A stretch of DNA of 56,303 bases from a virus (taxonomy: Duplodnaviria > Caudoviricetes). Location: the IMG/VR virus record IMGVR_UViG_3300032216_001772, positions 1 through 56,303 of that record. The stretch is one strand, 5' to 3'. Under the pieces are notes generated by a model. The model had not been told where the DNA came from, did no database searches, and was given only the letters and a program-made list of their open reading frames with translations. Position 1 is the first letter of the stretch. Every line of letters begins with the position of its first letter. Position numbers and translations under genes: made by a program. This document shows positions 42,275 to 49,152 of this stretch, one piece after another.

Positions 42275-42399
42275 AAAATAATTATAACATATCGGTAACG
42301 TTATTAAATCGTTATAAACTTTTTGGGGTATTGGTATCAAGAGTGGCGATTGTGTGTGTATAATAGTAATAATAGGGAAGAGAATAATACTAATAAAAA

Positions 42400-42702
42400 T
42401 TAGTTTCCTAGTTTTTGAATAATAAGTTTCATAACATCGTCAATTTTAGTTTCCAACTTATCAAGTCTTTTGTCGAATCTTTCGTCTTCTTCATGTTGGC
42501 GTTCTATAATTTCTAATTGTTTTGTTTCAAGCCGTGTAACTTGATCCTTTATAGAGGTTCCACCATTTGGCTTTAGTTCATGCCTGATATCATCCATACC
42601 TTCTTTTACATGGTATTTTACAAAGAATCTAACTGCAGCCAAAATAGCTGTAAGTATACCTACGCTACCTAAAATAATTGGGATCCACTCGTACCAAAGC
42701 AT
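42400..42702 (-). CDS. Membrane protein with coiled coil (lysis/holin-associated type)
   Basis: N-terminal transmembrane helix, then ELKPNGGTSIKDQVTRLE, a motif common in actinophages. Confidence 0.75.
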   Translation of the reverse strand: MLWYEWIPIILGSVGILTAILAAVRFFVKYHVKEGMDDIRHELKPNGGTSIKDQVTRLETKQLEIIERQHEEDERFDKRLDKLETKIDDVMKLIIQKLGN

Positions 42703-43085
42703 GATATATCCAGTATATAGTATTATTTAAAATAATTAAGCTCGCTTTTTGTCGGCGGTATATTTCGGCGGCAAGAAGTACTCCATATACTTGTCCAAAC
42801 TATCCAAAATGGAAATATGGACAAATAAATATGATATCGAAGCATTTGTACAAATCGAATATTTGTGATATCCTTATATCGACCCCAGTCATGCCAGCAG
42901 GTTTGATAACAAATCGGAAACCAGCATAACCCCAAATAGGATTGCTCTCTAGTAAAAGTAATAACTTTAATAGGGAGCTTTCTTATTTGATCAATAGAAG
43001 TAATATTACTTGATGTTTGATCAAGACAGCCTTTGGCTGTTGTTATACCCCGAAAATAATGCATCCGAAGTGTTATACTTGATAT

Positions 43086-43316
43086 ATGGAAAACAAAGAA
43101 GATGATGGTCATGAACATGAATCAGATGTAAAGTTTCTTGATTTATTTAATCCAAATGCACCTAGATCAGATGAAGATTTAATCAAAGATAGACTTGAGA
43201 TTTGTAATGCTTGTGAATGGTTAAGAAAATCATCACAGCGTTGTCGTAAGTGTGGTTGTTTCATGACATTAAAAACAACATTAAAACAAGCTAAGTGTCC
43301 ATTAGGTAAATGGTAA
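43086..43316 (+). CDS. Small Cys-rich protein (DUF6171-like)
   Basis: RLEICNAC..RCRKCGCFMTLKT..AKCPLGKW; leaderless (TGTTATACT-N6-ATG). Confidence 0.8.
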   Translation: MENKEDDGHEHESDVKFLDLFNPNAPRSDEDLIKDRLEICNACEWLRKSSQRCRKCGCFMTLKTTLKQAKCPLGKW

Positions 43317-43337
43317 TATCTTTGCTATAATAAATAT

Positions 43338-43469
43338 ATGTGTAATGGAAATTGTACTTGTGATACCCCCGAAGTTCTAAAATATGATCTATCAGAAGAT
43401 TGCAAATGCATCTTTGATGGTGATCCAGAACTTTGTATTTGTATCAATATTGATGAACCCACAGCTTAA
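43338..43469 (+). CDS. 43-aa Cys-rich peptide
   Basis: TGCTATAAT-N6-ATG; MCNGNCTCDTPEVLKYDLSEDCKCIFDGDPELCICINIDEPTA. Confidence 0.6.
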   Translation: MCNGNCTCDTPEVLKYDLSEDCKCIFDGDPELCICINIDEPTA

Positions 43470-43479
43470 GGAGAGAAAC

Positions 43480-43653
43480 GTGGATCCAGTTAAGAATAAA
43501 CTTTATCAGGATAAGACCTGGCTTGCTACTGAGCTTGAAACTAAGTCTACCCGAAAAATTGCTAAAGAACAAAGAGTTAGCTATAAGCTAATCAATGTAT
43601 GGGCTTTGAACTATGGACTTATTAAGCGATCAGAAGAAACAGTTGTTGCATGA
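43480..43653 (+). CDS. Small helix-turn-helix DNA-binding protein
   Basis: AAGGAG RBS, GTG start; KLYQDKTWL...STRKIAKEQRVSYKLINVWALNYGL. Confidence 0.75.
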   Translation: MDPVKNKLYQDKTWLATELETKSTRKIAKEQRVSYKLINVWALNYGLIKRSEETVVA

Positions 43654-43763
43654 TTAATAAATTATCTACCTTGCAAAAAATAGGATTATGTGTTGCAGGA
43701 TTTGTAGTTATCATTGGTGTTGATCTGCTTATTATTATGCTTGCTAAAGCTTTTGGTGCATAA
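43650..43763 (+). CDS. 37-aa membrane peptide
   Basis: ATGA overlap with the HTH gene; MINKLSTLQKIGLCVAGFVVIIGVDLLIIMLAKAFGA. Confidence 0.6.
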   Translation: MINKLSTLQKIGLCVAGFVVIIGVDLLIIMLAKAFGA

Positions 43764-43865
43764 TCTGAAAAATTGTATTTGGAGAAATCTGAATAATTTT
43801 TAGAGATGTATGATGTGGGTCTACAGAATAAATACAAACATTTATATAGTGAGCACACCAAGATC

Positions 43866-43928
43866 GACTACACACCCCTTGATTCTTTTGACTACACACC
43901 CCTCGATTCTTTTGACTACACACCCCTC
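43866..43928 (+). repeat. 24-bp tandem repeat (about 2.6 copies)
   Basis: GACTACACACCCCTYGATTCTTTT at 43866 and 43890, partial at 43914; a further GACTACAC at 43950. Confidence 0.95.
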
Positions 43929-43975
43929 AAATTTCTCAAACTATTTTGTGACTACACGGCGTGTCGCCTTTTCAT

Positions 43976-43997
43976 TGTCTGTCGTGCATGATAGGTT
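43976..43997 (+). promoter_or_regulatory. PafBC/RecA-NDp-like promoter 1
   Basis: TGTCTG-N10-TAGGTT. Confidence 0.7.
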
Positions 43998-44026
43998 ATA
44001 GATAACAACAAAGAATGGATAACAAA

Positions 44027-44164
44027 ATGAAGTGTGAAGTATGTGACTACTTTGACGCTAATGAAGTCATGGTATACAAAACAGAAATACTAAATCTGTC
44101 TATGGTAGTCATGTGTGACTATTGCTTTAGCGAGATAAAGGAGATGAAGAATGCAACGGTCTAA
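44027..44164 (+). CDS. 45-aa Zn-finger protein
   Basis: MKCEVCDY...MCDYCFSEIKEMKNATV, directly after promoter 1. Confidence 0.7.
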   Translation: MKCEVCDYFDANEVMVYKTEILNLSMVVMCDYCFSEIKEMKNATV

Positions 44165-44276
44165 GGCGTACTATATCACTAGGTCTATCGCTAGGCTATT
44201 GGTCATGTGCATACAGGCTGGTCTTATCATCACTGGTATGTATTGGTTTATACTGTTTGCATGGTCACTGTCATAG
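44151..44276 (+). CDS. 41-aa membrane peptide
   Basis: AAGGAG RBS; MQRSKAYYITRSIARLLVMCIQAGLIITGMYWFILFAWSLS. Confidence 0.65.
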   Translation: MQRSKAYYITRSIARLLVMCIQAGLIITGMYWFILFAWSLS

Positions 44277-44361
44277 GCGTGTCGCCTTGACATACCCCTG
44301 GATCGAGGCCCGGCCGCCGTTACCAAATTGTTATAATAAACATGCCATATAGGCTTTTCAT

Positions 44362-44383
44362 TGTCCGATGTCGATGTTAGAAT
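44362..44383 (+). promoter_or_regulatory. PafBC/RecA-NDp-like promoter 2
   Basis: TGTCCG-N10-TAGAAT. Confidence 0.75.
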
Positions 44384-44405
44384 GTAGACATAAGCAAAGA
44401 GAGAA

Positions 44406-44446
44406 TGAGCCTAGCAAATAATCCGCAAGGTGAGCCTAGCAAATAA
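44406..44446 (+). repeat. 16-bp direct repeat in a 5' leader
   Basis: TGAGCCTAGCAAATAA at 44406 and 44431. Confidence 0.9.
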
Positions 44447-44474
44447 GTCTCTCAATAAAGAATAGGAAATAGAA

Positions 44475-44669
44475 ATGACATTAGCAGAAACAGGAATCAA
44501 GCAAGACTTGACTATCGGTAACGTAGTTGCCATTAGCCGTAAAGGTGTAATCCGTGCAAGCGGAATTATCGAATCAGTAAAGCAAATCAACCAAGACCGT
44601 TTTGACGTAACATTCACTAACGGAAAGACTGAGTCAATGGTATGGGGAAAGACGCTCACGGTAGTTTGA
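44475..44669 (+). CDS. 64-aa small beta-barrel (SH3/KOW-like) protein
   Basis: QDLTIGNVVAI...GIIESVKQ...FDVTFTNG pattern; AGGA RBS. Confidence 0.75.
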   Translation: MTLAETGIKQDLTIGNVVAISRKGVIRASGIIESVKQINQDRFDVTFTNGKTESMVWGKTLTVV

Positions 44670-44670
44670 G

Positions 44671-44692
44671 TGTCAGACCCTCATGTTAGAAT
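44671..44692 (+). promoter_or_regulatory. PafBC/RecA-NDp-like promoter 3
   Basis: TGTCAG-N10-TAGAAT. Confidence 0.8.
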
Positions 44693-44716
44693 AAAAACAA
44701 CAAGAAAGGAAAACTA

Positions 44717-44860
44717 ATGTATATAGTAGAAGTAATCAAGAAGGGTATCGGAGTCGTTGAGACTTTCGGTTCACGGTCTAAGGCAGAAGCAGAAGCACAA
44801 AAGAACGCTTATGCTCTCATGTATCCTGACCATGTAGTCATGATGGAATGGTCAAACTAG
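44717..44860 (+). CDS. 47-aa hypothetical protein
   Basis: GAAAGGAAAACTA-ATG; MYIVEVIKKGIGVVETFGSRSKAEAEAQKNAYALMYPDHVVMMEWSN. Confidence 0.75.
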   Translation: MYIVEVIKKGIGVVETFGSRSKAEAEAQKNAYALMYPDHVVMMEWSN

Positions 44861-44943
44861 GGCGTGTCAACTTGACATACCCGAAATTTTGGGCCGGGCG
44901 ATCCGGCCGCCTGTGGATAACTTTTACGTTGCTACGATTTCAC

Positions 44944-44965
44944 TGTCAGACCCTCGTGTTAGAAT
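44944..44965 (+). promoter_or_regulatory. PafBC/RecA-NDp-like promoter 4
   Basis: TGTCAG-N10-TAGAAT. Confidence 0.8.
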
Positions 44966-44991
44966 GAAGACATAAAGAAAGGAAAACTAAA

Positions 44992-45177
44992 ATGGAAACT
45001 ATGACAAAAATGATTCGGACTCAGGGAATCGGTGATGGCTTCACCGTAATCAACCCACAGGATGGATACCGTAAAGATAACACTATCTGGAACGGTACTT
45101 GCTCTGAGTGTGGTGAGCGAGTGTATAACTCAATCATGACTAACTACAAATGGAAACACCAGACCAAATGCGTTTGA
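44992..45177 (+). CDS. 61-aa hypothetical protein with CxxC
   Basis: GAAAGGAAAACTAAA-ATG; GTCSECGERV...WKH. Confidence 0.75.
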   Translation: METMTKMIRTQGIGDGFTVINPQDGYRKDNTIWNGTCSECGERVYNSIMTNYKWKHQTKCV

Positions 45178-45178
45178 G

Positions 45179-45200
45179 TGTCCGTGGCTTGTGTTAGAAT
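45179..45200 (+). promoter_or_regulatory. PafBC/RecA-NDp-like promoter 5
   Basis: TGTCCG-N10-TAGAAT. Confidence 0.75.
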
Positions 45201-45225
45201 AATATCAAATGAAAGGAAAACTAAA

Positions 45226-45348
45226 ATGAAAGAATGTTTCTTGTGTGATGCTGGCACTCTTGCCACTACTGTATCACCATACAACTACCCTGTTTGTGCT
45301 AGTCACTACAGCGAAGACATCCGTGAATTCGCTACCGACTATTCATAA
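45226..45348 (+). CDS. 40-aa Zn-finger protein
   Basis: GAAAGGAAAACTAAA-ATG; MKECFLCDAG...PVCASHYSED (CxxC and CxxH). Confidence 0.75.
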   Translation: MKECFLCDAGTLATTVSPYNYPVCASHYSEDIREFATDYS

Positions 45349-45374
45349 ACCATAAACAACGAAAGGTAAAACTA

Positions 45375-45536
45375 ATGACAAATCACGACCGTATCTCAGG
45401 AATCCTAGAGACAATCCGAATTGCTAAGGGTGCAGACTCTCACGCTGACGTTATGCCCTATGTCATCGGCATGATGACCGCCGTCCTCAACGACTCACAA
45501 CTTGAGGCTATGGAAGAGGTAGCCCAGCAATACTAA
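45375..45536 (+). CDS. 53-aa hypothetical protein
   Basis: GAAAGGTAAAACTA-ATG; MTNHDRISGILETIRIAKGADSHADVMPYVIGMMTAVLNDSQLEAMEEVAQQY. Confidence 0.75.
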   Translation: MTNHDRISGILETIRIAKGADSHADVMPYVIGMMTAVLNDSQLEAMEEVAQQY

Positions 45537-45617
45537 CATATTCCAGAAATGGAATGTGGGCCGGGATGGATCCGGCCGCCCAGTTACGAAATGACATTAA
45601 AAACCCTGGACTTTCAT

Positions 45618-45639
45618 TGTCCGACGTATCTGTTAGTCT
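45618..45639 (+). promoter_or_regulatory. PafBC/RecA-NDp-like promoter 6
   Basis: TGTCCG-N10-TAGTCT. Confidence 0.75.
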
Positions 45640-45667
45640 TGTATTACAAACAACGAAAGGATAACTA

Positions 45668-45856
45668 ATGCGATTCGACCCTATTTTTGGTGAGGCTAAC
45701 GAGATTGTTGGCTACCTCGACGACATGGGCAACGAGTGGACTGTCGAGCAAGTCGAGGACTACTGGGATGTCTCAGGCAACGAGCCTGACGGCATGTGGC
45801 TTGATGAGGACGCTCTTAACTCTGTTGGCTGGGGTAGTGACGAGGCTTATTTCTAA
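45668..45856 (+). CDS. 62-aa highly acidic protein
   Basis: GAAAGGA RBS; 17 D/E against 1 R and no K; ends DALNSVGWGSDEAYF. Confidence 0.8.
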   Translation: MRFDPIFGEANEIVGYLDDMGNEWTVEQVEDYWDVSGNEPDGMWLDEDALNSVGWGSDEAYF

Positions 45857-45925
45857 ACTACTCACAGGGGGGGGCCGGGACCGTTATCAGATCGTTACAT
45901 TGAATTACGTCTATTACGTTTTCAC

Positions 45926-45947
45926 TGTCAGTCGCTCATGTTAGTAT
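45926..45947 (+). promoter_or_regulatory. PafBC/RecA-NDp-like promoter 7
   Basis: TGTCAG-N10-TAGTAT. Confidence 0.8.
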
Positions 45948-45971
45948 TGTAATATAACGAAAGGAAAACTA

Positions 45972-46139
45972 ATGGAAGAAAAAATACTGGTATCGGTTTG
46001 GGTGCTCAATCAGTGGATTGAAAACGCTCGTGGTGAGGAAAAGCACTGGGCAGAGCAGGGCAATATCGCTATGGAAAACTACTACGCTAGTCGTGCTCGT
46101 GCTTTTGAGTTTATTCTCTCTGAGTTTAGAAACAACTAA
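45972..46139 (+). CDS. 55-aa hypothetical protein
   Basis: GAAAGGAAAACTA-ATG; MEEKILVSVWVLNQWIENARGEEKHW... Confidence 0.75.
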   Translation: MEEKILVSVWVLNQWIENARGEEKHWAEQGNIAMENYYASRARAFEFILSEFRNN

Positions 46140-46157
46140 AGAAAAGGACACACTAAA

Positions 46158-46337
46158 ATGATGACACGCAAAGACTATGTTTCGACTGCTAAGATTCTCA
46201 ATGATTTATGGTATGATTTGCCAATCAGTAACATTGAGCTATTTGAGGATACCGTTATGGCTTTCTCTAAGATGTTTGCAGAAGATAATGAACGATTCGA
46301 CCACAAGATTTTTTATAACGCTTGTTTCAAGGAGTAG
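46158..46337 (+). CDS. 59-aa phage protein (MTRKDY...DNxRFD...AC type)
   Basis: AAGGA RBS; MMTRKDYVSTAKIL...FAEDNERFDHKIFYNACFKE. Confidence 0.8.
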   Translation: MMTRKDYVSTAKILNDLWYDLPISNIELFEDTVMAFSKMFAEDNERFDHKIFYNACFKE

Positions 46338-46407
46338 TATCCTCCCTTTCGGGGGCCGGGCCTCGTTACCAAATCGTTACATTGGATTAAGGACATTACG
46401 TTTTCAT

Positions 46408-46429
46408 TGTCAGACCCCTGTGATAGTAT
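46408..46429 (+). promoter_or_regulatory. PafBC/RecA-NDp-like promoter 8
   Basis: TGTCAG-N10-TAGTAT; ATG 6 nt downstream (leaderless). Confidence 0.8.
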
Positions 46430-46435
46430 TTAGTT

Positions 46436-46597
46436 ATGAAGAAGAAAACGAAACCCCAGAAGATTGCCAACACCGCATACATTATTGCTATGCGTGAGTT
46501 GCGTAAGTCAAATGCGGCTACTACTCACGACAACCGACCTAACCGTCAGAGGACTCGTGGGGCAATCAAGCAAGTAGCAATCAAGGAGTTTGCATAA
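46436..46597 (+). CDS. 53-aa basic protein, leaderless
   Basis: MKKKTKPQKIANTAYIIAMRELRKSNAATTHDNRPNRQRTRGAIKQVAIKEFA. Confidence 0.75.
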   Translation: MKKKTKPQKIANTAYIIAMRELRKSNAATTHDNRPNRQRTRGAIKQVAIKEFA

Positions 46598-46746
46598 TGG
46601 ATATGAGAACAAAGAATCGTATTCGTGAACACACAGGCGATGAGCATTGGCTAGTCACGATAAGTAATCATTCGGTACAGCGTGAAGGAAAATCATTGTT
46701 CATGTGTATCTGTGGCTGGCGTGGCTGGCTTGATAATCAGTCGTAA
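46597..46746 (+). CDS. 49-aa hypothetical protein
   Basis: AAGGAG RBS, TAATG overlap; ends FMCICGWRGWLDNQS. Confidence 0.7.
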   Translation: MDMRTKNRIREHTGDEHWLVTISNHSVQREGKSLFMCICGWRGWLDNQS

Positions 46747-46758
46747 TCTTGATACAAT
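46730..46758 (+). promoter_or_regulatory. Sigma-A type promoter for the tRNA pair
   Basis: TTGATA-N17-TACAAT, 8 nt before tRNA-Asp. Confidence 0.7.
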
Positions 46759-46766
46759 GAAGTAAT

Positions 46767-46842
46767 GGCTCTGTAACTCAGTGGTTAGAGTGCCACCCTG
46801 TCACGGTGGAAGTCGCCAGTTCAAGTCTGGTCAGAGTCGCCA
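46767..46842 (+). tRNA. trnD: tRNA-Asp(GTC)
   Basis: Acceptor GGCTCTG/CAGAGTC, anticodon arm CCACC-CTGTCAC-GGTGG, T loop GTTCAAG, encoded CCA. Confidence 0.95.
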
Positions 46843-46843
46843 T

Positions 46844-46915
46844 TCCCCTTTAGCTCAACGGCAGAGCAACGCACTGTTAATGCGTAGGTTCTTGGTTCGA
46901 ATCCAAGAGGGGGAG
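46844..46915 (+). tRNA. trnN: tRNA-Asn(GTT), CCA not encoded
   Basis: Acceptor TCCCCTT/AGGGGGA, anticodon arm ACGCA-CTGTTAA-TGCGT, T arm CTTGG-TTCGAAT-CCAAG. Confidence 0.95.
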
Positions 46916-46938
46916 CAAGGATCCGGCCTCACTTTCAC

Positions 46939-46960
46939 TGTCAGAGGTAGGTGTTAATCT
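46939..46960 (+). promoter_or_regulatory. PafBC/RecA-NDp-like promoter 9
   Basis: TGTCAG-N10-TAATCT. Confidence 0.75.
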
Positions 46961-46986
46961 TGTATTACAACGAAAGGAAAAATATC

Positions 46987-47166
46987 GTGGCTTATGTGTC
47001 TGAGTATGGTAATTATGGCAGTGAGGGAGTGATTGTATTCCCAGACTATCAACTTACCCCCGAACAATGGGATGAGTTAGATGTTCTGCCAGACAACGAC
47101 AAAATGTCGTATGTTAAGGGTATACTGGATGAAAACGAACTAGGATATATGGAGTTTAACGACTAA
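46987..47166 (+). CDS. 59-aa acidic protein
   Basis: GAAAGGAA RBS, GTG start; AYVSEYGNYGSEG...LTPEQWDELDVLPDNDK. Confidence 0.75.
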   Translation: MAYVSEYGNYGSEGVIVFPDYQLTPEQWDELDVLPDNDKMSYVKGILDENELGYMEFND

Positions 47167-47345
47167 TGAAACGTGAATCATTTATTCCACCTAAAGGAAT
47201 GTCAGAAAAAGAGTTTCTCTCTATAGTTGCAAATGACCTATTGGACATGGTAATATTAGGTGAGGTAAACTTTACCTATGTTCCTTCTGCTCGTGACTTT
47301 ATTGTCAAGTATGGAACACCTCGACACCGAAAGGGTAGAAAATGA
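47166..47345 (+). CDS. 59-aa hypothetical protein
   Basis: TAATG overlap, GGAG RBS; MKRESFIPPKGMSEKEFLSIVANDLL... Confidence 0.65.
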   Translation: MKRESFIPPKGMSEKEFLSIVANDLLDMVILGEVNFTYVPSARDFIVKYGTPRHRKGRK

Positions 47346-47485
47346 AAAGTAATCCATTCCCCGATGATGAACAGGCTACCGAAATTATGGAAGCACTAGA
47401 TGACTACTATGCTAATCCACAAGACTATTCGTTTCGTGACCTTGAGGAAATCTTCCAAGACCGTGACCCATTTGAGTTTCTCTAA
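47342..47485 (+). CDS. 47-aa acidic protein
   Basis: ATGA overlap; MKSNPFPDDEQATEIMEALDDYYANPQDYSFRDLEEIFQDRDPFEFL. Confidence 0.7.
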   Translation: MKSNPFPDDEQATEIMEALDDYYANPQDYSFRDLEEIFQDRDPFEFL

Positions 47486-47493
47486 GGAGTAGT

Positions 47494-47700
47494 ATGCCCA
47501 AGTATCGCATAAAGGCGACGGTAACGGTAGAAATGTATCTACCTGATGACTTTGACCCCAATAGGGATAACGAAGGAGACATCCTCTATTCCCTTGATGG
47601 ATATATTCGTGAAGATGGTGTAGACGGTTGGAGACTGTGGAAAGCCGCATTGGCTGACAATGGTATGTGGCATAACGATGCAGACTACAAGGTGATTTGA
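47494..47700 (+). CDS. 68-aa hypothetical protein
   Basis: AAGGAG RBS; MPKYRIKATVTVEM... Confidence 0.75.
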   Translation: MPKYRIKATVTVEMYLPDDFDPNRDNEGDILYSLDGYIREDGVDGWRLWKAALADNGMWHNDADYKVI

Positions 47701-47759
47701 TGGAACCTTGGATAATTATTGTTTTGGCTATTTGTGTGATGGCTATCTTCTTCGCTTAG
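47700..47759 (+). CDS. 19-aa hydrophobic micropeptide
   Basis: TGATG overlap, AAGGTG RBS; MEPWIIIVLAICVMAIFFA. Confidence 0.5.
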   Translation: MEPWIIIVLAICVMAIFFA

Positions 47760-47788
47760 GCGGAGGGGATCGGCCCGGCCGCTTTCAC

Positions 47789-47810
47789 TGTCAGAGGTGG
47801 ATGTCATAAT
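47789..47810 (+). promoter_or_regulatory. PafBC/RecA-NDp-like promoter 10
   Basis: TGTCAG-N10-CATAAT. Confidence 0.7.
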
Positions 47811-47835
47811 GGTATTACAACGAAAGGAAAACGTA

Positions 47836-48330
47836 ATGGGCTTGGATATGTATTTAGAGGTTCGCAAGTTTGTCGAAACCCACGATTGGGTAAACGAGAA
47901 CGGCGAGTTTGTTCGTAAGGAAACTGAAGGTGCAGAGGCTATCAAGGTTGCAGGTCTTGAGAACCTTACTTCGAAAGATGCTGTTGGCATTACTGTTCAG
48001 ACTACCGCCATTTACTGGCGTAAGGTAAACGCTATTCACAACTGGTTTGTCAACACCTGTGCCAATGGTGTAGACGAATGTCAGCAGATTTCTGTAGACC
48101 GTAGCAAGTTGCAAGCCTTGCGTGACCAAGTAGAGTTGGTTGTTCGCAAAAAGAATCCAGCAGTTGCTCAAGAGTTTTTGCCAACCTCATCAGGTTTCTT
48201 CTTTGGCTCAACTGAGTATGACGAGTGGTATTGGTCAGATATGCAATTCACTCTTGATGAACTCAACCGTGTGTTGTCTGAGACGACGGACTCATATGGG
48301 ATTGACTTCTTCTATCAGGCTTCCTGGTAG
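47836..48330 (+). CDS. Conserved phage protein (MGLDMYL...YWRKxNAIHxWF...GFFFG...YQASW family), function unknown
   Basis: GAAAGGAA RBS before ATG 47836; recognisable family motifs. Confidence 0.85.
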   Translation: MGLDMYLEVRKFVETHDWVNENGEFVRKETEGAEAIKVAGLENLTSKDAVGITVQTTAIYWRKVNAIHNWFVNTCANGVDECQQISVDRSKLQALRDQVELVVRKKNPAVAQEFLPTSSGFFFGSTEYDEWYWSDMQFTLDELNRVLSETTDSYGIDFFYQASW

Positions 48331-48401
48331 ACAGACGAGGGGTGCGACTCGCTAACGCATAACCCTTCGGGGGCCGGGCCGCTTGATCTTGCAAGTTTCA
48401 C

Positions 48402-48423
48402 TGTCAGTGGTCAATGTTACGAT
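48402..48423 (+). promoter_or_regulatory. PafBC/RecA-NDp-like promoter 11
   Basis: TGTCAG-N10-TACGAT; ATG 6 nt downstream (leaderless). Confidence 0.8.
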
Positions 48424-48429
48424 AAGTAT

Positions 48430-49152
48430 ATGACAAAGTTGATTCGCTCAAAAGACCGTAAAGTAACCAATGCTGTAACGCCTAATGGCAAGCAAGCCTC
48501 TATCGCTAACACTTTTGGTTTGCCTTCTGGCACTGCTTTTTCATGTCCAGGTGCTACTAGCGTATGCGAAACTATCTGCTACGCTGGCAAGTTGGAAAAG
48601 GTATTTAAGGGTGTGCGTATCAACCTCGAACACAACTGGGCATTAGTCAAAGACGCTGACTATCTTACTATCTATGACCTCATTTATGAAATGATTAGTG
48701 ATTTTGTTGCTGATTGCGAACGTCGTGGTGCAGAAAAGTTGTTCCGCATTCACTGGGACGGTGACTTCTTTAATGAAGAGTACACATACGCATGGCGTGA
48801 TGTTATCTGTGAGTTTGAGGATGTTCAGTTTTGGGCATACACTCGTAGTGCTTTTGCTGTGCCTATCCTAATTGACATTCCTAACCTTGGCTTTTATTTC
48901 TCAACTGATAGTGCTAACAAAGATTTGGCTGTCTCTCTCAAAAAAACTCACGGTATCAAGTTGGCTTACCTTGCTCAGACATTTGCTATTGGTAAGGCTG
49001 ACATTCTTGAGATTACTGGTGAGTCTGCTATCCCATGCCCCGAAAATAACAAAAAGATTCCTATGATTAGCGAAAAGGGTAGTGCCTGTGTTACCTGTGG
49101 GCAATGTATCTTCCAACGCAATGACATTCTATTCTCTGCTACTAAAAAGTAG
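48430..49152 (+). CDS. Gene product 88 (GP88)-like Cys-cluster protein (radical-SAM-like)
   Basis: SCPGATSVCETICYA, FRIHWDGDF, FWAYTRS, CPE...ACVTCGQC. Confidence 0.8.
   Translation: MTKLIRSKDRKVTNAVTPNGKQASIANTFGLPSGTAFSCPGATSVCETICYAGKLEKVFKGVRINLEHNWALVKDADYLTIYDLIYEMISDFVADCERRGAEKLFRIHWDGDFFNEEYTYAWRDVICEFEDVQFWAYTRSAFAVPILIDIPNLGFYFSTDSANKDLAVSLKKTHGIKLAYLAQTFAIGKADILEITGESAIPCPENNKKIPMISEKGSACVTCGQCIFQRNDILFSATKK

Noticed and set aside
42723-43118. 131-aa minus-strand ORF in the divergent intergenic region
   Set aside because: No RBS or recognisable motif, and it overlaps the promoter and start of 43086; I could not assign a structure to this region
43866-43957. 24-bp repeats as a CRISPR array
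   Set aside because: Units are contiguous with no unique spacers, and no cas genes are present
43806-44001. ORFs translating the tandem repeat (DYTPLDSF repeats)
   Set aside because: No RBS, overlap promoter 1, and are probably by-products of a 24-bp DNA repeat
46177-46497. 106-aa ORF from the track
   Set aside because: Crosses a linker and promoter; better explained by 46158-46337 and 46436-46597, which have proper start signals
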